Positions 20,714 through 30,800 of a stretch of DNA of 64,000 bases are shown here, one piece after another. The number at the start of each line of letters is the position of its first letter. Within the stretch, counting starts at the first letter, position 1. The stretch is from contig OZ242383.1 in assembly GCA_965209155.1 (NCBI GenBank), positions 704,001 through 768,000 on the forward strand, given 5' to 3'. Made by a program: the position numbers and the translations under genes. This DNA comes from a bacterium. Lineage in GTDB: Bacteria; SAR324; NAC60-12. Under the pieces are notes generated by a model. The model had not been told where the DNA came from, did not search any database, and was given only the letters and a program-made list of their open reading frames with translations.

Positions 20714-23700
20714 TTATCCCGAGAGCGCCCATGCTTCGGAGAGAAGCTCCGCCTGTTCCAAGACGGTCTGCGTTGCTTTCTCTTCTTTATCCGGCGGGTA
20801 TTTGTACTTACGTAAAATGCGTTTGACCAAGACGCGAAGATGCGCGCGCACGTTTTCGCGTAGTGTCCAGTCGATGGTCACGTTGCATCGCACTTTCTCG
20901 ACGAGTTCCCGCGCGATCGTCCGCAGGGTCTCGTCACCCAGCACTTTTACCGCGCTGTCGTTGGTCTCCAAGGCGTCGTAGAAGGCCAGTTCGTCTTCTC
21001 CAAGACCCAGTTTCTCGCCACGCTGGTTGGCTTCGCGCATATCCTTCGCAATGCGTATCAGTTCCTCGATGACCTGGGCTGCCTCGACCGCGCGATTCTG
21101 GTAACGTCGCAGCGCCTGTTCCAGCATTTCCGCGAAAGAGCGCGCTTGTACCACGTTTTTGCGGCGACGGGTGGCGAGTTCACCCTTCAGCAGTTTTTGC
21201 AACAGTTCAACGGCAAGGTTGCGCTGGGGCATGCCCCGCACTTCGGCCAGGAATTCGTCGGACAGTATGGCGATATCCGGTTTTTGCAATCCGGCTGCGG
21301 CAAAGACGTCGATCACCCCTTCCGGTGCCACTGCGCGTGAAATGATCTGGCGCACCACGTGGTCGATTTCTTCTTCCGGCCGTACCTCGCCGGCAACTCG
21401 CTTGACCAATACCGAGCGGACGGCTTGGAAGAAGGCCAGCTCGTCCCGGATACGCAGCGCGTCTTCATGCGGCACGGCGAGCGCGAAGGCTTTGGAGAGA
21501 TTGCGAACCGATAGCAGGTAACGCTCCTTGCCATTCTCCTGTTTGAGGATATGTTCCTGCGCACCCGGCAGCAGACTCAAGCGTTCCGCTGGCGCACCGG
21601 AGGCCCACCCGGAGTGGTCGAAACCATGGAACAGGCCGCTACAGATCTCGTAATTTTCGAGCATCGCCATCACCGCCTCCGTTTGGTCGAGCACGGTGCG
21701 TCCCATGCCGCCGCTTTCGGTGTAGGTCACCAGCGCGCTTTTTAATTCATGCGCAAGACCGAGGTAATCCACCACGAGACCGCCGGGTTTGTCCCTGAAC
21801 ACGCGATTGACGCGGGCGATTGCCTGCATCAGCCCGTGACCGCGCATCGGTTTGTCGATATACATGGTGTGCAGGCTCGGCGCATCAAACCCGGTGAGCC
21901 ACATGTCACGCACCAGCACGATACGCAGCGGGTCGTCGACGTCACGGAATCGATTCGCCAATGCTTCCCGCCGGGGCTTGTTGCGAATATGCGCTTGCCA
22001 GTGGGATGGGTCCGCCGCGGAACCGGTCATCACGACCTTGAGAATTCCCTTGCCATCGTCTTCGTGGTGCCAGTCGGGACGCAATCGCACGAGTTCGCCA
22101 TAGAGATCGACGCAGATACGACGGCTCATGCAGACGACCATCGCCTTACCATCAAGCGCTTCCAGGCGTTGTCCGAAATGAGTGACGACGTCCCGGGCAA
22201 CCAGTTTGAGCCGCTTTTCCGCACCGACAATGGCCTCGAGTTGCGCCCACTTGGTTTTGAGCTTTTCTTTGCGTTCGACCTCCTCGCCCTCGGTGGCCTC
22301 CTCGAATTCGGGGTCGATGCTCGCTTTCTCACCTTCGTCGAGCGCCAACCTGGCCAATCGGCTTTCGTAATAGATCGGAACCGTCGCCTTATCCTCGACG
22401 GCGCGTTGAACGTCGTAAATACTGATGTAATCGCCGAATACGGCGCGAGTGTTGGCATCCTGGAGTTCGACCGGCGTGCCGGTGAAACCCACGAAGGAGG
22501 CATTGGGCAGGGCGTCGCGCATGTGACGCGCGTACCCGTCGAGAAAGTCGTACTGGCTGCGGTGCGCTTCGTCTGCGATGACTACGATGTTGCGCCGTTT
22601 CGAGAGCAGGGATTGCCGGTCGTCCTTCCCGTTGCTGCCTTTCCTTCCGGGAAGGGGTCGGGATGAGGGTGCCGTCAGAGGCGCTAAGAACTTCTGGATG
22701 GTGGTAAAAATCACGCCACCCGATTCGACCGCCAGTTTGGCACGCAAGCCGGCACGGCTTTCGGCCTGCACCGGTGGTTGGCGAAGCAGGTCATGACAAC
22801 GGTTGAAGGTATTGTAGAGTTGGTGGTCGAGGTCGTTGCGGTCGGTCAACACGACCACGGTCGGGTTGGCCATTGCCGGTTCGCGGATGATGCGCCCGGC
22901 ATAAAAAGCCATGGTCAGGCTCTTTCCCGAACCCTGGGTGTGCCAGACCACGCCGATGCGCTGGTCGCCGGGAAATCCTCCGGGTTGGCGTCCCGATTCA
23001 TAACGGCCGATTTCGGAGACTTGTTCGACCGGATGTTGCAACTCGGCAGCGCGCAGGGTCTCGGCGACTGCCACCTCGACTGCATGAAACTGGTGGTAGC
23101 CTGCCATCTTTTTGACCAGCATTCCACTCTCGTCCTCGTCGAACACGACAAAATCACGAAGCAGTGAAAGGAAGCGGCGCGGCTCGCAAATACCTTCCAG
23201 CATCACCTGCAATTGGGGCAGGTGAGCAGCAGCCAGCGTCTCACCCGATATGGTACGCCAGGGTTTGAACCATTCCCGCCCCGCGGTGAGCGTGCCGACC
23301 CGCGCCTCCACTCCGTCCGAGACCACCAGGGCCGCATTCATGGCAAACAGCGAGGGCAATTCGGCTTTGTAGGTCTGGAGTTGCTGCCAAGCGGTCCAGA
23401 TCGTCGCCTCCTCGTCTGCCGGGTTCTTCAGTTCAACCAGGCACAGGGGCAAGCCGTTGACAAACAGCACCAGGTCGAGACGGCGTTCGTGTTTGTTTTC
23501 GACCAGAGTGAACTGGTTGACTGCCAGCCAGTCGTTGTTGCCGGGATTGTCGAAGTCGACCACGCGAACCTGCGCCCCCCGGATTCCCCCGTTGTCGACG
23601 CGGAATTCGACCGTGACCCCATCCAAGAACATCCTGTGGAACGAACGATTGCGGATTTCCAGCGATGCTCCTTCCACGCGAGTCAGCTTGCGGAAAGCAT

Positions 23701-23905
23701 CGTCCCGCGCCGCGCTCGGAATATCCGGATTGAGCCGGGCCAGCGCATCGCGCAGACGTCTTTCCAGCAGCACCTGCCCATAGTCGAAACGTTCAGCAGT
23801 GACGCTGCCGGGGGCGAGGTCGACTCCCCGAACAATCTTCCAACCCAGTCTCTCGAGCCAACCGAGCGCGCTCTGTTCCACGTCGGATTCGGTGATGGTG
23901 GTCAT
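20714..23905 (-). CDS. hsdR: Type I restriction endonuclease subunit R
   Basis: [15 protein letters not shown] nuclease motif, [34 protein letters not shown]. Confidence 0.96.
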   Translation of the reverse strand: MTTITESDVEQSALGWLERLGWKIVRGVDLAPGSVTAERFDYGQVLLERRLRDALARLNPDIPSAARDDAFRKLTRVEGASLEIRNRSFHRMFLDGVTVEFRVDNGGIRGAQVRVVDFDNPGNNDWLAVNQFTLVENKHERRLDLVLFVNGLPLCLVELKNPADEEATIWTAWQQLQTYKAELPSLFAMNAALVVSDGVEARVGTLTAGREWFKPWRTISGETLAAAHLPQLQVMLEGICEPRRFLSLLRDFVVFDEDESGMLVKKMAGYHQFHAVEVAVAETLRAAELQHPVEQVSEIGRYESGRQPGGFPGDQRIGVVWHTQGSGKSLTMAFYAGRIIREPAMANPTVVVLTDRNDLDHQLYNTFNRCHDLLRQPPVQAESRAGLRAKLAVESGGVIFTTIQKFLAPLTAPSSRPLPGRKGSNGKDDRQSLLSKRRNIVVIADEAHRSQYDFLDGYARHMRDALPNASFVGFTGTPVELQDANTRAVFGDYISIYDVQRAVEDKATVPIYYESRLARLALDEGEKASIDPEFEEATEGEEVERKEKLKTKWAQLEAIVGAEKRLKLVARDVVTHFGQRLEALDGKAMVVCMSRRICVDLYGELVRLRPDWHHEDDGKGILKVVMTGSAADPSHWQAHIRNKPRREALANRFRDVDDPLRIVLVRDMWLTGFDAPSLHTMYIDKPMRGHGLMQAIARVNRVFRDKPGGLVVDYLGLAHELKSALVTYTESGGMGRTVLDQTEAVMAMLENYEICSGLFHGFDHSGWASGAPAERLSLLPGAQEHILKQENGKERYLLSVRNLSKAFALAVPHEDALRIRDELAFFQAVRSVLVKRVAGEVRPEEEIDHVVRQIISRAVAPEGVIDVFAAAGLQKPDIAILSDEFLAEVRGMPQRNLAVELLQKLLKGELATRRRKNVVQARSFAEMLEQALRRYQNRAVEAAQVIEELIRIAKDMREANQRGEKLGLGEDELAFYDALETNDSAVKVLGDETLRTIARELVEKVRCNVTIDWTLRENVRAHLRVLVKRILRKYKYPPDKEEKATQTVLEQAELLSEAWALSG

Positions 23906-23921
23906 GGGAATGTTCCGTTGC

Positions 23922-24469
23922 TCATGCCGCGAGTTCCTCCCGCACCTCCTCCCGCTTGCTCCACATCACGGGTCTCACATTGTAGTTTTGTAGCGCGTCC
24001 ATTATGACCTGCGATACCTCCTGTTCCGAATCATTCAGTAGCGCATACGCGCGCAGTAAAACAGGTTCGCTATCACAGGCACTGCCAGGTAGAACATGTC
24101 ATTAACGGCAAGCATTGCATGTACCAGATTATGTTTGCGTGATGCAAAACTCTCCGCCGAAGCATGGACTTGCAACGCATCGCCATCCTTCTTCACACCG
24201 AAACCATTGAGAGTCATTTGGAGAAGTTCTTGCCGCTTGTGGCTGTCGAGCTCGCAGCCGCTTTGCTTCAGATCTTCTATAATGCACCCATCGTCCGTCA
24301 ACAAGAACTCCCCATCTGTCTTCTTTTTTACATAAATTTGCAAATAGTCGTTGTGGCGATCGAGATAGGGTGTTGTGATTTCGACCCATTTGTCCATTTG
24401 ATGCCATACTGTCTTGTCCTTGAGCCAGTCGTGATAGGCATCAATCAGATTTTGTATATCCTGAATCAT
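23922..24469 (-). pseudogene. DUF1828/DUF1829-like protein with internal deletion and frameshift
   Basis: N-part [24 protein letters not shown]; the ORF stops at 24035 but another frame continues [43 protein letters not shown] to 23922. Confidence 0.65.
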
Positions 24470-24798
24470 ATGAAAAGTCCCGGATCAATGTCAGGCGGTT
24501 TCGTGATGTTGCAGAACTGCAGGAAGTCTTCAAACGACATCCAAACATCGTCGGTTGTGCGGAACTTATTTGCAGGAACAGGTATAGCCCACTTGTCACC
24601 ATAGCCTTCGCGGTAAATGTGAAGGTGTGGTACAGGCACATCTTTACCATAGAACTGCTCTCGCTTGTCAGCGGACTGAAGCGGCAGGACCTTGGATTCA
24701 CCCCCCATCGGGAAGTCTGTCCGTTCATCTGTTAACCGATGTTTTTCCATCGCGATTAAAGCGTCTGCTTCTGCTTGGGTGAGATTAATATCTGCCAC
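24466..24798 (-). CDS. Small protein typically paired with DUF1828 genes (DUF6978-like), apparently internally deleted
   Basis: [14 protein letters not shown] and [15 protein letters not shown] motifs; 110 aa, seemingly lacking the central segment recalled for homologues. Confidence 0.55.
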   Translation of the reverse strand: MADINLTQAEADALIAMEKHRLTDERTDFPMGGESKVLPLQSADKREQFYGKDVPVPHLHIYREGYGDKWAIPVPANKFRTTDDVWMSFEDFLQFCNITKPPDIDPGLFI

Positions 24799-25025
24799 CA
24801 GTCCTCTATAGGCGTTTTACCAGCCGTTTTGGATCGCTTGAATTACTCCTTCATCAGTCCTTCAAAAAGGGTCTGGAACCCAACGACTACATATTTTAAG
24901 AAATTTCCAACAACTATTCAAGAAAATCAATGGATTATAAATTCACATAACAATGTTTGCACTATCCCCCTTGTTCCCACTATCTAAGAAAAGACATTAT
25001 TGCCATCTTCGAGTTGTATGAGTAT

Positions 25026-26756
25026 TCAAAAATTCATTAAGGTCTTATTAAACGGAGTGAGGCCGGCAATAAATTGCTTCAGTTTATCAAGGCATTGATT
25101 GCACTCTTGGGTATTTTTTCCGAAGATTCCGTATTGTACGAAAGGTGACTTATCTTGCAACAGTGATATGGAATTCTCTATCTCCTGAAAGATTTTCCCT
25201 AAATTCTGGAATTGGTACGCAAATCTGCCCACTGAGGACCAACCACAAGCATACGTACAATTGAGTGCCAGTAAAATCTCGAGCTTGTCGAAGATCAACG
25301 TGTACCGGTCGTCATTCGGAATCAGTTGCGATGTATATTGTTTTAACTCTTTGTGCAAACGATTATTAAGGAATATTTCATTCTCCGTGAATTCAGCTCG
25401 CAATTCAGAGTACAAACGACTCGGCGAAAGAAACTCAACTGCGAAACGATCCACACTATTTTGTTGACGGATTGGAGTGAGAAAAAGCTCTCTCAGAAAT
25501 TCAAATCGATCTTTCGCGACTGCCCCGAGACCCAAGGAGTAAAGCAAGAGAGTTCCCGGATATTGTTGTAAAGCAAGCCATGACGGATATCCTCCGCTGT
25601 GGTTCCTTTCACTGAGACGAATAAGGGCATCTTGCCAAATTCGATATTGATCTTGCTTCACCCAGTAACCTCCGACTGCTGCCATCGCCAGCAGAGTTGA
25701 AGAGTTTGCTTCGTAGGCAAGCATCCGCTCCGTTAAAGATTCCTTCGTTGGACGTCCTGATACTGAAAATGCTTCACCAGACGTTGATTCAACCACACGA
25801 TTTGTAGTTTCAAAGACCAGATCGGTTAGCTGTATGTGATATCGAGGTTCGGAGAGATAACGTTTAAGATTCGCGACAGCAACTTCTGTCGTTAACGGAT
25901 GTGGCTTTGAAAATTTTTCCAAAGCTTCGACGAATCCATGGACGGTTTGAAAAAATGTGTCAGCGTCTTCAATTGAAATCACCTGGGCATCACGATGATC
26001 AACCAGTCGTCGCGCTTCATCACTGAGTTCACCCCTTGCCGTCCAATAGGTCGTAAAGCGTCGTGAAGGAGTCCGGAAGATTGCCTCACGCAACGCGCTG
26101 TCCCACTCAGCGGACCAACCGCATACGATGAGACCGAACTCATCGAAAATGCGATCAAGAAGTCGGTTGAACTCACAGGGATAGGTTGCAAGTTCATTGG
26201 TCGTATTTAAAATACGGGAGTCGAGATAGTCCCCATGAATTTTGAATACGCAGCATTCTGTGTGGATAAGTGGAAGCATACCCTGAACATGGTCAGGTGA
26301 ACTTATAACCTTTGGTACAATACCTTGCTCCCTCAATGCGCTTTCAATCAGGCGGTCGAAATTCGTTGTAATAATGACCTTGACAAATCCTCGTTCAACC
26401 AGTGTTGCAATGGCATGGTGTGCCGCAGTGGGTTGTTTTTTTCCCTCCTCACGTTCTTGTTCATTCGGCTCCCAATAGGAACGCAATAGTTGTTGTCGCT
26501 CAACCGCTGTTTTAGCGAGGTTTTCAAGAATCTCGGAATAGTCGGGTTCCTTTCCGAATTTCTCCTGATACCAACTCTCTGGTTCAGAGACAACTGTCTC
26601 ACCTTGCAGAACTGCAACTTTTTGAATCAAGTCAAGCGTAATCTCCCAACCTGTCAGAATACCCGCTGAACGAGACACACCGGATCCAAGCAAGACAGCG
26701 TAAATGCCACGATTGGATTGGAGTGAAAACGCTAAAGATTGAATAGGGTCAATCAT
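25026..26756 (-). CDS. SIR2-like (SIR2_2) domain protein with uncharacterised C-terminal domain; putative antiphage NADase
   Basis: LLGSGVSRSAGI, ITTNFDRLIE, KIHGDY, GWSAEWD sirtuin-like motifs; inside RM island. Confidence 0.85.
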   Translation of the reverse strand: MIDPIQSLAFSLQSNRGIYAVLLGSGVSRSAGILTGWEITLDLIQKVAVLQGETVVSEPESWYQEKFGKEPDYSEILENLAKTAVERQQLLRSYWEPNEQEREEGKKQPTAAHHAIATLVERGFVKVIITTNFDRLIESALREQGIVPKVISSPDHVQGMLPLIHTECCVFKIHGDYLDSRILNTTNELATYPCEFNRLLDRIFDEFGLIVCGWSAEWDSALREAIFRTPSRRFTTYWTARGELSDEARRLVDHRDAQVISIEDADTFFQTVHGFVEALEKFSKPHPLTTEVAVANLKRYLSEPRYHIQLTDLVFETTNRVVESTSGEAFSVSGRPTKESLTERMLAYEANSSTLLAMAAVGGYWVKQDQYRIWQDALIRLSERNHSGGYPSWLALQQYPGTLLLYSLGLGAVAKDRFEFLRELFLTPIRQQNSVDRFAVEFLSPSRLYSELRAEFTENEIFLNNRLHKELKQYTSQLIPNDDRYTLIFDKLEILLALNCTYACGWSSVGRFAYQFQNLGKIFQEIENSISLLQDKSPFVQYGIFGKNTQECNQCLDKLKQFIAGLTPFNKTLMNF

Positions 26757-26836
26757 ATGGTTACCCTTTTTCTGTGGATGTTGTGGCAGTTCACTCCATA
26801 GTCACCCATAGTAAGTGCTATGCGGTTTCCCTCTTT

Positions 26837-27862
26837 CTAAGTGATGAGGATGTCTTTTTTTGGACCTTCTCCAATCAACGCCTGGATTCTGTTTTTCAAA
26901 TCACGACACAGGTCGGCGGGGTTTTCCCAAACGATGTGATAATATTGCCTCGTGTCAAAGTGAAGTTTGTCTACCTTATCTTTTCTGCATGTATAAATCA
27001 CGGGAAGCCTTAGTCCATATGCGAATCCCGCCTCAAAGTAGACGCCACCTCTTGCACCGTCGTCGCCTTGCGTAAAATCAGCCACCAGGAATCGAGAGCG
27101 TCGAATCTCAGCGATAATCTCATCATCGATTTTGTTGACATCCGGTTTCTTATCAATTCTCATTGGCGTGTAACCGGCTGACTCCACCGCATTCTTTATT
27201 CCTGCCTCGTAGGCAATCGTCATCTCTTCATCAAACCACATGGCGACAAATGCCTGAGCCGGATTGACAGTTGTAATCGAATCGTTGATGTGTCTGTATC
27301 CATCGATTGACACGCAAATTCCAATTTCGGCACCATAACTATTTGTTGTGATCCAGCCTTGTTTTTTCAAGTATGTGGTCAGGAAAAATACTTCTCTCAA
27401 TTCTGTTGATTCGGACCAAGCCATTGCCCTCCACATTTTCATGGCAAAGACATCATCTAACTCCGTTGATTTAACCCAAGGCATTCGCTTCGATATATCG
27501 TGATTATTATAGCTAATTCTTACTTCGTCACCTACAATCGTCGAGCAATCCACATAATATTTGAGAAGTCTGTCTGCGCGTTCGTGAACGGGCAGAGACG
27601 GACTGGATTTTGCGTCCTCTATCAATTTGGGTGTTACTTCCGGAATCTCCAATCCACGCTCTCTTTGATTAACGAGCAGGGTTGTCAGACGCGCCCTCGA
27701 CGAATCGTCCAAAGCATTTAAAATCTCCTTTGCAGTGTTGGTAATCGTGTAACATCCACCGGCTCTTGCAGACTCTACGCGAATACTGTTGTCCGAGTCG
27801 TCAATGGTGGCGATATAATCTGGCCAAATCGGACAATTTTTCTGTGGTTCAGTCACCTTCAT
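26837..27862 (-). CDS. Protein with C-terminal nucleoside 2-deoxyribosyltransferase/TIR-like domain
   Basis: AFVAMWF..IDDEIIAEIRRSRFLVADFT..GGVYFEAGFAYG..LHFD motif; N-terminal region unrecognised. Confidence 0.75.
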   Translation of the reverse strand: MKVTEPQKNCPIWPDYIATIDDSDNSIRVESARAGGCYTITNTAKEILNALDDSSRARLTTLLVNQRERGLEIPEVTPKLIEDAKSSPSLPVHERADRLLKYYVDCSTIVGDEVRISYNNHDISKRMPWVKSTELDDVFAMKMWRAMAWSESTELREVFFLTTYLKKQGWITTNSYGAEIGICVSIDGYRHINDSITTVNPAQAFVAMWFDEEMTIAYEAGIKNAVESAGYTPMRIDKKPDVNKIDDEIIAEIRRSRFLVADFTQGDDGARGGVYFEAGFAYGLRLPVIYTCRKDKVDKLHFDTRQYYHIVWENPADLCRDLKNRIQALIGEGPKKDILIT

Positions 27863-27870
27863 TCCTTTAC

Positions 27871-30800
27871 TTATGGTTCGTTTTTATATGCGGCGATAAT
27901 TTGCTGGGCTTCGAGACTGTATTGTTCGGATATTTTCCTCAGTGTTGCTGCAAGACGTTGAAATCCTGCGTTCTCTATTTGCTCTGCTTTCTGTTTAAAC
28001 TGCTCAGCGAGTTTCAATTCTGGCTTGCCCGCAGGGTCAACAAAGTGCGCACCCCTTGAATTGAAGATTCCTGTGTTGTAACCTTCCCTCATTATCTCAG
28101 CACTTTTGTCGTTCAGTGCGCATGCGACGGAATGGTGAATCCACAGTCCACCGGGATCAGGTGGAGAGTGGATGAGCCCCTGTCCTATCTGGGAAAGGGC
28201 GACCTCGAGATGCCCGGAATCATGGCAAGACTGTTTGACTTGCGCGAGCCACTGTTGGAAATCATCGGGTAAAAATGTGCCATCATTCTGCGTACCTGGC
28301 GTTGTTTTCCATATATTTAATAATCTCCTTGCGTTCGAAATCATGGCATTATCCTGCTCGCTGAGTTTTTTCCTGGCTCTTGTTTCCTTTGTTGAACGAT
28401 ACACCCGTCGAATCACTTCACAGAAAAAAACAGGGTCCGAAGCGAGTTTATTTTCTAATGTCTTGGGAAAAAACCTAGGTTTCCTATTCAGCAAGGACAG
28501 ATACGCCGACTCAATTCTGAATAATTCCTCCGGATCAGTTTCAGGATCATTTTGCAATGATTTTATAAGTTCAATGATATTATACGTGTTCATCGAGTCG
28601 AATGGCTCCGTCGAAGAGGCAGCAGCAAGCAGCGAAGTAACCACTCGTCTCTTATCAAGCAACTGTCCTTTTTGGAGCATCCTGTAGAGACTTGTGATGG
28701 TCGCTCTGGGTTGTCCATGCTCAACCAACTTGTCTATAGCAAAGCTTATATCGTCATCTGAATCATATGGCCGAACCTTATCCCAGTATTCTCTTTCATT
28801 TTCACCCAACCAATTTGTTGCCCGGTTCCAAGCCTCCTTTGTAAAAGGTAGCCAGCTCAGAAACTGACCAACCTGTGAAGCCGACCAGTGAGATCTATCC
28901 AGCCCATCAGCCCATTTCCAGCCATTTTTATATTGACGACTCCATATAAATGCTCTTACAAACTCTACAAGTTTCCTATTGTCCGTTTCTAAAAATGCGG
29001 GCAGTATATGTTCGTCATATTCTGATTTTGCGATCGCTCCTAGTGAATTTCCGACACACCAAGGTTGTTCAACAGTGTCTGCGAACTGAATGACCGCGTC
29101 TATCTCACCATAAGATATTATCTCCTTTACCGCTGTCTGCCGCTGTTCCTCCCAATCTCCGGTTTCCTCATAGAATGGATTATAATTACCGAATATCAGA
29201 CGGTGCCGGTTCCAAGGTTTTTGTGGAGCCAGTTTGGCAGTGATACTTTCAATCCTGGAAATTTTCTCCTCCGGCAAAGCCCACTTTGCATCGGGAAATT
29301 CCCTGTGCGTATGTGTGATCTTGACCAATTTAGTCCAGAAGCCCATTCGCTGTTCTTCGGGTCGATTGGTTATCGCTTCCGATGACAGATGTTCCAGAGC
29401 TTGACTGAAGGCAGGCTCAGGCAAATCGTCCAAATGGTCAACCAGGCATTCTAATTTCTCAATATCAATACTTGCCATTTCAACTGCCTGCTCAGCGCAA
29501 AAGACAACCTGCTCCCAATACTCCTTGTCGCTCACACCTTCTTTCCAATCATCAGGAATCGTGTCGCGCCAAACAGGTTTATGAGTCGAACTAGATGACT
29601 CAGTCTGATTTGGGAGTAAAGTCAGAAGCACCTTCCAGGCAACCTTTGGTACCTGCTCTTGAAGGGTTTTTAATGCGGCCTTTCGTTTCTCGAGAGAAGC
29701 GGTGGTCCGCGGAAGCCACGGAAGTAATATTCTGGTGAGTGAATCAACAGGTCCATCGGCCTTATTACCCCCAGGGGCACGAGCGGCCAGTTCAGCCAGG
29801 GTCACACACGCTTGAACGAAGAACTCCTCATCCCAGGCCAGCGTTTCCAAGGCCCAAAGCAAACCTGTTGTGTAATTGCCACCAAAGACACCAACATTTT
29901 CCTGGGCGAAAAGTTCGTCGAACGGACAAGGAGTCTGTTGTAACGCATTTTCAACTATTTTCAAAAACTCGCCAGGCGCTGCTTCGGCCAAGAGTGGAAG
30001 CAGATTGTCCAGACTGCCCCACAGTATCCAATCCGCATCAAACAGAATTTTCTTTACCACAAAAGTTGCCGTATATTCAGACTTTCCCATTGCACATGAT
30101 GTCAATGCCTTTGGATGACTACCAAGCAATGCCAATGTCTCTGCTAGTCCCTTACGCAACAGAGGTGAATGTGTCAGACTCGTTCCGTGTATGTTGGCTA
30201 GCCATTGTTCATTCGTATGCAGTTTAAACCGGGGGTCTGCTTCTGTGAGTACCGATATCACAATGTTTTTCAGTTTGTCTAAATGTTGATCCGAAAAAAT
30301 ATTGCCGAGCGCGTACCATCCCTCGTACCTTGATATAAATTTCCAACTACCTTCTCGACAAATTATGGGAGTACCTGGAGTTAGGGTGATCTTGCGTATC
30401 TTCTCGACCCACTCCTCGTATTCTTTTCCAGTGAGACTCTTGACAACAGCCCGGTCCGCTGCTGATCCATCCATCCACGAACCCAGTAGTGCAGCAGTCG
30501 CCAGTTCCGTCGAATCTGCATTCCTTGCCCAGTCTGGTAACAAGGGAAACCCTTGAAGAAGACGAAGCAAAGAACTGAGATCCCCATCGCACCTTTCGAC
30601 CAGTGTTTGCGCCCTTTGTTCCGGGTATCCAACGTCATTTAGTTCCTGCTTAAGTTTATGTTGACGCGGCGTGAAGAGCGAAACACTTGATGAATTAGCA
30701 GGACCGGCGTATGCCCCACCAACAACAATTGAATGTCCAGCGTTGCGTGCCTGTTGAATGGCCCTGTTGCCTGAATCACCACTCAGATCCAAAGCAGTGT

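Noticed and set aside
21749..24007. Long plus-strand ORFs opposite hsdR (and 34351-35220, 35952-37001 opposite fic/hsdM)
   Set aside because: Antisense shadows of GC-rich genes with clear function on the minus strand.
26837..27862. Retron system suggested by the NDT-like effector
   Set aside because: No reverse transcriptase or msr/msd-like region nearby.
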